A stretch of 64,000 nt of DNA from Syncephalis fuscata S228 (GCA_025786725.1 JAHLTZ010000007.1:682001-746000); one strand, 5' to 3'; positions 13,425 to 26,739 are shown, numbered from the stretch's first letter. The notes: generated by a model not told the origin, from the letters alone. A program made the numbers and translations.

Positions 13425-13562
13425 TACTCAGTATCATAGAACATATATTCAGTATAATAACGAGTATAATGAAAGATCAATTAAAAGAATGAAACTATTT
13501 TATCATCAAAACAAGTCACTATTATAGAACATATTTATCAGTAAAATAACGAGTACAGTAGC
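13425..13562 (+). repeat. Local degenerate direct repeat (two ~45-bp units ~90 bp apart)
   Basis: tatcatagaacatatattcagtataataacgagtataatg vs tattatagaacatatttatcagtaaaataacgagtacagtag. Confidence 0.6.
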
Positions 13563-13680
13563 ATATCGAAAGCAATATTAAAATACGACTTGATATATAT
13601 ATAACGTATTAAATTTATACTAACTATTACAAGAAAAGCAGCTTATTGCAATATTAATCCTACTACAATATAAATATTTT

Positions 13681-15705
13681 TTAATAAAGATGTTTATAAT
13701 ACACTAAAGTCTGGACAATCTTGTTGATTGCCCTACCATTCCAGCTTACTTCATTATATTGGAAGACAAAAAATAATAAAGCCAGCAAGTGCAATGCCAG
13801 AATCCAAGCCAGCCGATAAAATATAGCTGAGTCGTTTTCATCAAGCATTACAGTAGTGGTAGATAACAAACTGGAAGATAAAGGCTACAATGAACCAGGT
13901 AGTGTGCATGCCGGGTTGAACAGATGGCATATGACTAGCAGCGCTAATAAACATTGGGATGTGAATGTATTTGGCCCACGAGTTGGGATAGCGACGACAC
14001 AGTAGCTGCACTGGCACCGGAAGTAGAAAGCCAGTGAAGAAGTACCAGTTAAGAGCAGTGTACAAACCAGATGAGCCAAACATACGGTCTGGACCAATGA
14101 CACCCCAATTACCGAGGCAGAATAGAAGACATGAGCACTGGAACAGTTCTAGACCGGCTCATCTTCATGGCAGATATTAGGGATTAAATAGAACATAAGA
14201 TAAGCAGTGCCAAGATTGACAAGACCGGCGATCAATCTGCCGACAGTCTGAACAATGAACATGTGGCGTGCCGGAATTTTCATGTAATGGCCGAGCTTCA
14301 GATTGCTAAAAAAACTAATATTTTGTCTCATAGAGATGTAGCCGTATGTTTTAAAAGTGACATTGTCAATGGCACAGCCAGGTAGAATAAACCCGATAAC
14401 CATTTCTGTAATAATGCTAAGACCAGGTCTTATGTTCGTAACGGCTGTAACGATACCCACAGGAAGTATGAAAATAGCAGCAAGGAGAACGGCAAAAATG
14501 AGAGCCCACCACAGTAAATCAATATAAAAGACGCCGCACACGCCAATGGCCACTGCCGTATTAGCAACAAACATAAGGCCATACCATCAGTCAGCCACTC
14601 ATCATAGCGGTTTATCAGCCTAGCGTAAACATCATCATTTTCAAAACAAGAATCGTGGAAACAAGCCATAATTTTTCTGCTATGATATAGAATTGTGTGT
14701 AAGATAACAGCAGCTAGACTAGCAAAACCGACACCATAAGTCATGGCAAACATAAGGACATGCATGGTGGGCCAATTTTTGCGTATTTTTCTTCATTAAA
14801 CTGCAGGTTGAGCATGGGCATGCTTGCAGAACTCCAAATGTTATTGAAAAATCCAATTAAAACTACAATTTAAACAACTACAACGAAGTCAGCAAAGATG
14901 TTGGCCGCAGCCCAGAATGGCATGGCCAACGGCGATGATAGGAAGGGCGTAAAGTAGTTCCAGTCTAATAAAAAAGACAATAGACCAAGGCCACGAATGC
15001 CTGAGCCAATCTGGTTGACCAGTTTGTTATGCGGAGCAAAATAGCACAAAAGAGAGATCGTACTAAAAGAAGCGGCCAAGTAGCCGGGAAGAAATAGTAT
15101 ATAAACTACCGAAAGCAACAAGTACAAAAAACGAATACGTGTCATTTGGCCAGGAGCAATATTTTCTACATCGTGCAAAGTATGGAAAAGTACACATTAA
15201 CGAGCAGGTTTGGCCAGATTATAGAAGCTGGACGAACGAGGAGACGGCGGAACATACCAGTCAGACCTTAACCGAGGCATTGAGTTGTGACGACAAGCAA
15301 GAACGACGGAAAGAAGCCGAGATCCTGGCCGTAGAAGATGCGTTTAATCGTGATAATATTAATAGGATGGGCGGTACCGGCACCGGAACTAGCACATGCA
15401 GTGATTAGTACGTGTTTTTTAATGTTAAAGGGATTTGGATTAAGGTTGAGCGAGAATCTGCCTGAACCAGCAATGCGATTGGGCAAAGTGCGAGTCGTAA
15501 GGATATCCAATGGATAGGAGAGCAACTGGGCCACCAGAGCCGACACTTTAAGTGAAGTTTTGCAAAGCCAAAAGAACTGATTAGCAAACGATAGCACAAT
15601 AGTAAAAAATATGCCTAGAACCCAAAAGCGGGACGTCAAAGTAGGTAAGGTTGGATCATCTGTGTTACTGACGGTAGCTTGAACAATAGCAAGCGATAAG
15701 TTTTC
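13681..15705 (-). pseudogene. OPT-family oligopeptide/glutathione transporter pseudogene, intronless
   Basis: Motifs VSNTDDPTLPTLTSRFWVLG, NPFNIKKHVLIT, FKTYGY, NLKLGHYMKIP, FYSASVI, YILSAGLDSG; in-frame stops at 15268, 14870, 14149 and 13838-13843 (TGA TGA at the conserved WW), several frameshifts and an internal deletion near 14800. Confidence 0.9.
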
Positions 15706-16847
15706 TCTTTAAAATCAACTGATGAAACAGCAAGATTTTTTTAAATCGTGCTAAGTTATGATTCTGAGCAGGAAAAGAGTTGGATAATTTATAATTATCA
15801 TATTTGGTAATTACATGATAATAATAAATTTGTTATGTATAATGTATCAATCATACTGTGCTGTAATACATTCATCGCTGTAAATTTGAACTAGGTGGAT
15901 TACGCTTTGAGTTAATCTCTTTTTGGTCTTATTGTTTATTTATAATAAAAATATGACGAAACAACGGTGTAACTTTCAGTTTGGGACTTTGTATACTGTG
16001 ACAGTCTAATAATTCCAAAAATAATAACGGAGTAGCCGTTGTATTAAACCATTTCATGCATACCAAACAATCACCTAATCATTATTCTGGACTGCTTATA
16101 AGTTTCCAATTTGCAACTAAACTAAAAAATTTAAATGATAATGTAGAAATTATCAAATGTTGTTACTTATTGGTATTGATTATTTAAATGTAAGTTAGAT
16201 ATTTATGATATAATTATATCTGAACTAACACACAGTAATAAAAACATATTAAATACAAAGCTGAAGACTTATTTATGCATATAACTAATATAATTTTTAT
16301 CTACTACTTTGTAGCAGTATTTATGGTTTTTTATCAATATCATGTGAAGCAACTACCGTGATATGCAGATGGCATGTTACAATTTCTTTCCTATTAACCT
16401 ACAATATGCATCTGTATCAAAATAAAAGCCTGCAATCAATGAACTTAACACTAGTATAATAATGAAATAGCATATCATTTTGGCTTAATAATAGCAATTG
16501 TGGCAATACCACGATAGTAATAGTAATTACTCTTTGTTCCGTTCTTTATTTGGCTGCATGTAAACATATGGGATTACCATGCATAAACAGTAATCAATGT
16601 AAAAGAAACTTAAGTAGTAACGTGCTTGTTAATGAAACTATTGCAACAAGCAACAATAATGGTATAAACAGACACCAAGGAAAGTAGAAAGAAACACAAG
16701 GAACAAAACTTATTAAAGGCTTATTAACTCAATGGTCATAAAAGAGACCATTATCACTAAAAGGATGGTATAGCCTAAAGAGAGGGAAATGCTAGGTGCA
16801 TATGTGTAAATACGAAAAAAATGTCATATTAGACTTTAGATAAGTGG

Positions 16848-18818
16848 TTACGCAGCATCGCTATTGCGTTTACGGACGTCGTTACGAATCGGAATCTTTA
16901 ATCCTTGTCGAGCAAATGCTTTTGACAGTTCGGTTGATTCGGTCATACCGGGGAAGCGCTTAGCAGAATAAACAGTGAATGGATCAGAATCAATCTCGGC
17001 AACAACATTGCCATCACAATCTTCGTCATCGCCATCATCAAATCTAAATAATAGGAACAAATTAAATATTTTCTACGTTTTATTTCATTTTTAGTTGACT
17101 TACGGATTTAGTTTGACCAATGTAAAGCGTAATCGATACGATCCTTCACAACGAATACTTAGATCAGGAAAACAGAAAAAACAGCCAGTAATGCCACGCT
17201 CATCCTTAAGAACGCTGGGTGATGAAACAAGTGTACCCATCATAACACGCGTGGTTGTTGTATTGCCACGAGTATTATGCGCACCGCTAGTACGGCGTAC
17301 AGGTGTACTCGATGGTGAATCGCGTGTACTACTGCTGGCCGACATACCAGGTGCACCACCTGCATTGCCTGATCCCGGATAGGCACTGCTATCACGCGAT
17401 CCTGAGTTTGCACTATGCATACTTGAGCCGGATGGTTCAAGCTGAATAATATCCAATGCAAGTCTTGGATCATCAGCTGCTCTTAATGTTACATGAACAA
17501 TAAAGAAAGGAGAGCGCTGCATTCTAATAATTTTTTGCTTAATATTTACAATAAATTTGTTGTTATTTAAACCTACTCTTCATCTTGTTGATTGTTACTA
17601 TCAAGAACAACAAGCCTGACAACAGGCGGTGGATCCACTGGTCGACGGTCTTTTTCGCCAAATCCACACATACGAGCACGTACAGGTTGTTGAACGACAA
17701 CAAGCTGGTACCGTCTAATGAAAACACAATAAGAATTATTAAATTAGCTTACATTATATTTATATTTGTATTTATAATAAATAGTTACCGAGAATCAGAA
17801 AAGGCGCCGTCCTTGCCTGATGGGCCAATATTGGTTGGCATAGTTTGTAGAGGCAAATGTGATGGCGCATGGCTTAGATGATCTGCCATTGCCTGTTCAT
17901 GATGATATGATGATGGTGGTGGATTTGCATGCTGCAATTGGTGTGGCATCTGCTGATGATGGTGATGTTTTAATCGCTGTTGTTGTTGTTGATGATGATT
18001 CAAATTAGAAGCATGTGACTGGCCTGGGTAGAAATGCTAAATAGGATAATTTTAGACAAATGGAAATAATAATAAAGTACACTGACCATATTTCCATGCG
18101 GCGGGGATTGAAGTGCCGAATAAGGTGAAATGGCTGGCGCAATGGTCACTGGCACATCTCTCGTCATCGTGGCGTGCATATTAGCCGGCAACATGGCACG
18201 AGGAGGCGGTAAGCAAACAGAAGATTGCATACTGCCATTATTGCTGAGCACGTGCATTCCTTCGCGATGCTGGGCCATTGTGGTCGATGGTGGCGGTGGT
18301 GGCGAGTATAACGGCGTATTAATAGACGAGCTATTAGAAGACATGACGCCACGCGGTGAATGTGGCCGTTGATGCGATTGTCGCTGATTATAATGCAAAT
18401 TATGTTGCGTATGGTGCCAATCATAATTATTTTGAATACGAAGCGGCGGTGGCAATGGCCCATGTACCGAACGAGAGGTAGAAGAACTCATGCTAATATT
18501 ACTATTGATTGTAATATTGTTATTATTATTATTATTATTATTAGTACTAATACTAGTAGGAACAACAGCAGTAGCTTCAATCAATGGCTGATTGTTATAA
18601 AAAAAATCACTATTTTGAATGTAACTTTTTTTAACTTGATGTGTAGGACTTGCACTATGATAACGCGTTGGACTACGACTAACAGAAGATGCTTTTTCCG
18701 ATGGCGATTGAACAGCAGAAGAATCAGAAATATTTATAGATGCTCTTGGTTCTCTGTTGTTCTGGCTATTTAATGAACTAGAATTATTAGGAGGCCAGTA
18801 GTGCACGTTTGACTCCAT
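16848..18818 (-). CDS. velB: Velvet-domain transcription factor, VelB-like, 5 exons, with long low-complexity N-terminus
   Basis: [34 protein letters not shown]; [13 protein letters not shown]...[23 protein letters not shown]; [37 protein letters not shown]; GT-AG introns splice in frame. Velvet family is clear, VelB subclass is inferred. Confidence 0.88.
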
Positions 18819-19596
18819 CAATGGTTTCCAAGACACACGCACAGCGTATATACTACTTTACAAAAATGTTAAAGCAGTCGGACGGCTAACGAAAATGAAG
18901 AACAAAAACAAAAACAAATACTTCAATAAGTAAGCACTTACAAAAGAGCTACGAACGTGTTTTGGTGTACTTGTATGATACCACTACCTTTAGAAAAAAC
19001 AAGGTATTTTTTGCTTAATTGAGCGTTGAAAGGGATACACTAAAGATATCAGTATTAACAACTTGTTAACTGCGGTTAATAAAGACAAGACTTAAGATGG
19101 GACTAGCGTTTGTTAAAAGATATACAACTACAATGCGTAAAAGATAAAATCAAGGGGCAGTACTTGGCTGCAAAAATTATTTGCAATAATGAAAAAGGGC
19201 CCAAATATTGCAAGTTGGCCGCACTAGCGTTAAACATAATTTACAATGGAACAAAAAATAGCACGGCAACGGGGATAATTGTTATAGCCAACCTAGTAGA
19301 AGATTGGATGCACATAAAGTTTCTGTAAACAGATGAACGCATGCGTTTTGCAGCACCACCATGCGTTTGTTCAAGTCAACTACTAAGCCAATTGGATACT
19401 TATCAAGGCTCTTTCTTTGAAAAAGTCTTTTAAAATAAGAAGCATAAAGCATCTTTTAAAGCAGAAATAAAAAGTTACAAAAAAAAGGTGTTATTAGATA
19501 GAAGAAAAAGAAACAAATGCACATGCAGCACTACCTGAATCATGATCAGATGTACAAATAAATGGCAAAGGATCTCAAGGTGCTATAGCCAATCTA

Positions 19597-19717
19597 CTGC
19601 TGCCGCTATCGGCGCTGCTGCTGCTGCTGCTAGTGGTGCTGCTAGTGTTCCCGTTGCTGCTGCTGATGCTGCCTTTCCTGCTGCTGCTGATGCTGCTGCT
19701 GCTGCTATCACTGCTGC
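19597..19717. repeat. Imperfect (GCT/AGC)n trinucleotide tract upstream of the velvet gene
   Basis: ctgctgccgctatcggcgctgctgctgctgctgctagtggtgctgct...gctgctgctgctgctatcactgctgc. Confidence 0.8.
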
Positions 19718-20261
19718 ATCATTACACGTGCAGGTCAACTAACGGTCAACCGGATGATGTGTCTGGGTTACGCACCGTGTGCGCGGTCGAGCCTCACTAA
19801 TTCATCGACCATACAGCCACAGAAGACAAGAACACAGGCCCATGGAAGAAATTGGTGTTGCATAACCGGAAAAGGGAATATTCGTATGATGGATCGAGGT
19901 AAATGGAAAGTCTTCGATCCCCGATAATAGCCGTGATCAAACTTACATGAATAAAAAGTTTTTAAATTTAAACCAAATGTAAAAAAATAAAGAAGTAATA
20001 AATGATAATTGAATGGTTACGCAGTAAAGTAATAGGTAAGGATAGACGCGAATGGTTCAAAGGTTGAACGAAGAATAAAATAGCGAGCAAATAAGAATAT
20101 CAAGAGAAAGATATAAAGAAAAGGTAGAGAGAGGAGAGAATAGCGAGCTAAGTGAATAAAAACGCTCAATAAAGGCGAATATACACTAGTAGTAGAAGTT
20201 TAGGGCGAGACGAGGTAAAAGGGATATACGAGAAATGATGAACTTTAATAGAGACGCGATC

Positions 20262-20269
20262 TTTTTATA
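20262..20269 (-). promoter_or_regulatory. Putative TATA box for the velvet gene
   Basis: TATAAAAA on the minus strand followed by a ~250-nt pyrimidine-rich tract (20000-20250), typical of fungal core promoters. Confidence 0.4.
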
Positions 20270-23200
20270 AAACGCGCCTTTTAATCATGCGATTTTACAG
20301 TGAAGTCAAACAAATTAGCACCAGCTATGATGTAAAATCGGACCGAACACAGCAAATCTTGTTCAAAGGTTAATGTAACGTCCGAGGTAAGAGCATAATA
20401 ACCGAGTTCGTACATCGCATGTGTAGACGAGTTGGCCGAGTCAGGTGGAGTGAACGGGGATTGGATCCGACGAGTAAACGTCGTGAATGGCGTGGCATGG
20501 TCAATTGATCCCATCATCCACGCTAGACAATGATGAACAACATCCGGAAACAATGATAGGAGTGCATGAAAGCTTGTAGATTTGAAATTTAAGCATATTC
20601 ATATTATAATTTAATAAGAAAAGGAATAGGGACAAGAAAAGAAGGAACACAAAAAATATTCATACAATTACTAACGTCATATTGGCCGATATTTGCAATC
20701 ATATTTCCACTAGTAGTTGTCTATTCAATTGATTGACGAAATTGTCATGAGTAACATGACAATCGACACAAACGTTAGTTTAGTAGAATGGCCGTCGTGT
20801 CTTTTTAGCCACTGTGTCTCAAGTGTAAAGTCACTCTTTATACAAGGCGTGTACGCCCATTAGTTGGGTATGAATAAATCAATGTGGCGTGTATGTACGA
20901 ATGGATACCAATAGATGTGATGGCGTGTGGGCAATATGTACAGACATGTAGAGAATAGGGGCGGCTAGGCAATCCGGCAAATAATCAGGCGTGTAGTGAG
21001 TGAGTGAGTATGGTTTGAAATGCATATTCACACAAGCCACCATGCATTCAAATCCAAAAAGCCATTATACGGCATCGTGATAATGTTTAATATCGGTGTT
21101 AATCAACAATGCCACTAACGATCAAGAGCCTTGGCCAATTCCTTGAATCCGAGTGTCATTCGGTTATCCCCAATCGATTATAGCAATTATTATTAATCAT
21201 TTGGCGTATTAAAAAACAGCATACGCTGTTAAACGTATTACAACATCTTTAATTTTTGTGTAAATGAAAAGTAATAATGCAATAGATTATTACTATGAGT
21301 GACGTCATAAACTATAGAATAAACTAATCACTAATGTTCAAACAAATTTACTTGTCGGCACAAGTTCAATGCAGAGCGCACATGTATAGGCGTGTATCTC
21401 GATGTAGAGTGCAGAAATACGAATTAACAAACCGCAAGTGATAATAAGTACGTACACACATTACAAGTACATCCATATGTACGCGTATGTACAGATGTAC
21501 ATACATATGTAGCGAGAAAAGAAAATACAAGGACAGTACCAACGCAAACATTTCATGGAAGCTTAAACGCGCTGTTGGCAGATTCCATAGAAACGCATGC
21601 ATAGAATTACGCGCTCATTGAATAGACAAAATCATTGCAATGTTTACTGCAATAACTTCAATGACTGCAACTACCACAATTCTACCTCAGCAAAAATACA
21701 CAGCTATTTTCCATGCGTGTAGCTGCATCCATTAATGGTAATATCAAAAGCAAATTTACGGCTATTCGTCCTATGTCAAGGCAAGGCGAAAACCGGCAAG
21801 CCGTTAAGTATTAACATTGCGTAAGAGAAATAAAGTGAGGTATGTCTCGTCATATGGCCAAAGAGCCAACCAAAGACTGCGCCAAATCTTACACATGGCT
21901 ACACAACAGCTACATAGAAATATCGCCATTAGCAGATGATGGCGAGGCGAGCCAAGACAACTGCGTGGTCATAGTTTTTACTTAGCATGACTAGCGCTGC
22001 CAATGCAATTTATTCCCAGCAAACGTCGCGCTGGGATGCAGGTGATATAATGGTTTTTTTGTTTCCATGAATGAGCTACACCATCGTAGACATCCATCAA
22101 CATTAATGCTTTCAAGTGCAGCAATAGATTTAAATCAAACGCAAATTGCAACTATTAAACAATTTTTCTACTTACCGATGTCGACGTAATGCTAATTAAA
22201 CGAGTTTCGATAGGAAAATAACGAAGAAAACTTTCCGCACCAATGGATGTATATGGCAACAATGTAGCACAAATATGCAAAGGACCTATACGTGATGTAA
22301 AAGGCAAGTATGCCACTGCTATAATAGAAATATTGATGGCAATGATAATAATCCAATAACAACTTAGAACAAGAAATAAAACCGAGCACTACTTGAATCA
22401 GGAAAAGGCGGCCTATAAACAAGTGGCTTAAATGAACAAGGTTAAAAATAACGAAAACCAGCACTCATTTAGAACTATGCACAATAGCCTAGAACAATAA
22501 ACGGCAACTCATACAATGTACAAATGTGAAATCCATAATTTTTGGCAACTTATTGTTTATTGTTACTATTGCCTGCATTCACGTTGTTGCCCTTTTCGTC
22601 ATCGCCATTATCATTAATAGCACCACGCACTCTATATTTGTCCCATTCTTTATTTCGACGGTTTTGTGGCCGATGTTGCCGAGCTTACAATAAAAAGTAA
22701 AACGCATTTTTCTTTGTCTTGCGGCTTGGTTAGAATTCTGCACATTGACGGCCAGAACACACATGGAAGATCGCGTGCACAGCCGCTTCCTTGTTTCGAG
22801 TTTATCCAAAACTAAACGCATGCTACGCGCATAAACGCACACACACATACCCACACAACCAAAACGTCTTCAATAGCAAGGCTCATTTGAAACGTATTGA
22901 GGCAATGTTCCCCGGTTATAATGGTTTATCTTTGGTAATAGATTTATTTAGAAGCAGCAATAAAGGCGGTGCCAAGTACTGTTATTATTATTATTATTAT
23001 TATGCTTGTTCCGTGTAATCTTTATTTGGCTACCTTGTATTTTTGTGCCAAGGAAAGACAACACAGCAATAAAGCATTTAAACTTTAAGCAGCCACTTTT
23101 GCATACAGCTATGCTGGTGCAACGAATGCGGTCTGGATGATCAAGTCGTAACATATGCTCTATTCCCATGCACGTCATTGCGCATTGACAATTTTTCCTT

Positions 23201-23498
23201 GAGACGAGCAGCAAGTTACAAAATTGCCATTGTGTGCCATTGCCGACACCTGACCTTGACTCTCAAAGATCATTTATTTATTCACTCGTTTATTGATTTA
23301 TTATGCATATATCCATGCATGTATCCATGCACCACATTCATACAGAGACAGAAACATACCAGAAACACGCCAGTATAATTTTTATTATAAAAAGCCAAAC
23401 TTGTTTCGTGTTTGTGTGTATCACGAGCACATTGTTCTATATATGCATTAACTTGTCGATCATGCGCGCTAGCGGACATGTAAATGCTTTGGCGCACT

Positions 23499-25539
23499 CT
23501 ACTGAGTTTGACGCCAACGACGATAAACATCATCCTCCACTAGTAATGGGCTATCAATAACAGCGTAGCCTGTGGCCACACCACCCTCTTGTGTGTCTTC
23601 TGACTTGGTACGGAGTAAATGGCCAGCCGGTTCATTGAGTACCAAATGGTCGTCATGCCTAATAAAAAAAGCCATGCTTTATTATAGCCGAGGCGTGCAC
23701 CACCATCATCATCCTCACTAGCCTTGCGGCAATATCACTTACCGCAACCAAATACCATAGATGCCCAGTTCACTAACCACGTTGGCAACCGTTGCTTTAC
23801 CATCTCGCACTAGCCAGTTGTGTAGTTGTGGTGGTCGGATTAAATCCATTAAAATGTAGGCCGATCTTTCATTAACCGATAATGTGTTAAGTAGCGGGGG
23901 AATATCTTGGCCGTAAATATTATTACCTACAATCAATCATTAATAAATGACGTAACTTGCTAATCAACTTACCGCCTCCTTCGCGCTGAGGCTTAAGCAC
24001 AAAGTCATCTGGTGTAGCCAAGGCCATCTCTAGCGTCTTCACTCCTTCCTCTGTATCGTCCAGCGAATACATGCCGGCAAAACTTGCCATCATACGTCGA
24101 CAGGCCTCAGGATCATTGGGGAAGAATCTATGCATAGTATACGGTAAGTAGGCTTACTAATCTGCACTATAGCCTACCGTTCTAACATGCCAGGTGCCGC
24201 CAAAACTTGCTGTACTTTCTTTGCACCTGCCAGCTGGTATGCAATTGATGGACATTTAACTGCTCTCGATTGCTCTAGCATCCATCTAGTGGCCCATGCC
24301 TACATTTTGTTATAATAAATATAATAAATTCTATATATGCACTAACCTCTTCATTCGTATAATCATCGGGTCCATAGCCGGATCTAAAGTATACAACTGA
24401 TATTTCCATGCCATCTCTAATTATCATAGTAATAATGGTGATAATGATCGTTAATAACACATGTCAGCAATAACGACGCAGGCTATAGACTTGCATATGA
24501 AGAGCCTTAGTGACTGGATCCAAGGTTGCTCGTGCTGTCAATTCATCGAGAGTGCGCCGTATCATAGGTGTTCTATGTCTAGTAGGCATTTAGTCGCTAT
24601 TACTTGACTGCATTGTATGCTCATACTTTTCCCACAAAGCGTATTCAATCCATCGCTGATCAAATCGATTACGTTCACCAGGCTGCACAACAATAAGCAC
24701 ATATGAACTATACATCATTAGTACTATTAAAACTATACTATTAACCACCGATCGTACTTTGGTATATTTAGAAGCGCATGGGCCAAGGCCAGCCCTTTAG
24801 CCAGTCCTTCGAACGCATGATTTTCTGGTATATGATGCTGCAATGAACTGCTCAGTTTTGTAGTATTAAATTGTGCATCTAGTCCTCGGTCTATGACAAA
24901 TCTATTGTAATTGCTTATTATCAGCTGTAATCCATTACAATAGCAATTACCGGTGCAGTTGACTTGTCCGAACAGCCAAGGCAGAAAAGGATGCAGCAAT
25001 TGTATTAATTTCCACCTGTCTAATAACCGGTTGTGCTGCATCCGTCGGCCAATGCAGTAAGTAATCGGAGCGGTGCATGCCCAACGTGATGTTCTATTGC
25101 CAGCTTAGCCATATGATCTGTGACGCTATTCTAGCTATTAAGTCTACCTGAGTAATACCTTGCTCTTTAGCTTTTTTATACATATCATACAAGCGACCTG
25201 TAAATGTATCAACCTTGGAAACACTATAATTGATTGTTTATAGCTAGCTGTAGAACAACATAATAAGCACCACTACCTTTCAAATATGCTGACTAGAAAA
25301 TCGTCATCGCGTGATACGCGGTCCATCAATTCATTGAACAGTGGCTGTAGCGACCGTGCTTCTTCAAAACAGCCACGAGGAAACGGCGACGGCAACAAGG
25401 CAAGCGGCGCATGCACCAGTCGTTGAGAAGGTTCATTTGGCGCGCCGACAATAAGGCCGTGAGCTGATCCCCAGTCCAAGGCTGTGTCCAGCAGCTCATT
25501 CAGCTGTTCTGGTGACAGTTTTGGTGGATAAGCGGTCAT
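23499..25539 (-). CDS. GSH2: Glutathione synthetase (eukaryotic type), multi-exon
   Basis: MTAYPPKLS...DWGSAHGL...[13 protein letters not shown]; [11 protein letters not shown]...[11 protein letters not shown]; [11 protein letters not shown]; [13 protein letters not shown]; [16 protein letters not shown]; VSELGIYG; [13 protein letters not shown]. Confidence 0.95.
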
Positions 25540-26044
25540 TTGAGCAATAATAGCCAAGTCGGAATTATTGTCAATGGTATAATAGACTATGAAGGCAGGC
25601 GCCCAGTGGAAAGACAATAGCCAACCTAGAACTGCAACAAGCGTGGCTAACACATAAGACGATCAGTCCTTTTAGAGACAATTGGCAATAAAGTGGTAGA
25701 AGTTGTTGTCGCGATTATGGTAGACATGGAAACAAGCACGCATCTCCACACTAATGTGATTCGGATGACAAATCACATTAAACCACTTAATTGTTTTGTA
25801 GTTTTTTGTAATTTTTGTCTTTTATTAGTATGTACCAGGCCTGCTCTTCTGCTAAAAACGTCTTTATTACTTGAATTATAATAACAAAACGCAGACAACA
25901 ATAATAGTGTTTTATCTTTAAATATATATACTAAATATCTGAATAAGAGATAAATAGCATGAGACAACAGCAGCAATCCATTAGTATTTATTAGTGCTAC
26001 TACCGAGTAACGAGCAATAGGAATACATATATATATATGCATAC

Positions 26045-26140
26045 ATAAATGTTGTCAAGTGTAAAGAATATAAAGGAAGGTGCAAGGACGTAGACTGTAG
26101 ACTGTAGACTGTACAGTTCGTATGAGTAAATTTATAATGA
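26045..26140 (+). repeat. Dispersed repeat family B, copy 2 (boundaries approximate)
   Basis: Similarity to 13201-13290; contains a short (GTAGACT)x3 expansion. Confidence 0.55.
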
Positions 26141-26739
26141 TGCAAGGTAAAAAGGAATAGCACAGTAAATGAGTAAGTGTGAATAATAAAAGCCTATTGG
26201 CCCAGTAACTCGGTATAAATAGGCCAGATCAAGTTAAATAGCGAGTATGAAAAGATTAACAGAAATATAATAAAATTCGTTTACTATTAAAGATAAGTGT
26301 GATCACAGAACATGTCATTAGTAGAATAGTAAGTGGCATTAAAATACTTTAAAAGATAAACTATATCAACATACTTTACGCTGTACATTCAGATCAATGG
26401 AATGAACGTATATAAATAGATTTATCAACGACGCAACAGCTTTACCATACAGATCAAATGTACATATAAATTTACTAGGCAAGTGCTAACTTGTATATGA
26501 CTGTTCAAGCATGATGTAACACATCTTTTCTATTGACATTTTTCATATTTTTTTTCAAAACTGGCCCTATTTTATTTACTGACGTTTAATTCTTCTACCT
26601 TTACATGCAATATTATATATCGTAGTGGCTGTAATGTACAGAAGAGTGTGTTAAAAGCCATTCATTACAACCTTCAAGATGTTGAAACGATGGTTACAGT
26701 AACCTTTGGTTTAGAAAGACAATACACCCAAGCAATAAC

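Noticed and set aside
13838-14872. TGA/TAG/TAA at Trp positions as a variant genetic code, selenocysteine or A-to-I restoration
   Set aside because: The same gene has frameshifts and a deletion, and intact genes in the window use TGG for Trp and ordinary stops.
19542-19742. Poly-Ala ORF on the + strand
   Set aside because: By-product of the GCT repeat tract; no other coding evidence.
20281-23560. Several 60-90 aa ORFs on both strands between velvet and GSH2
   Set aside because: No motifs, composition typical of non-coding AT-rich DNA, several rely on non-ATG starts.
13681-25539. OPT (glutathione transporter family) near glutathione synthetase as a functional cluster
   Set aside because: The OPT is a pseudogene, lies ~8 kb away with the velvet gene between, and its substrate cannot be inferred.
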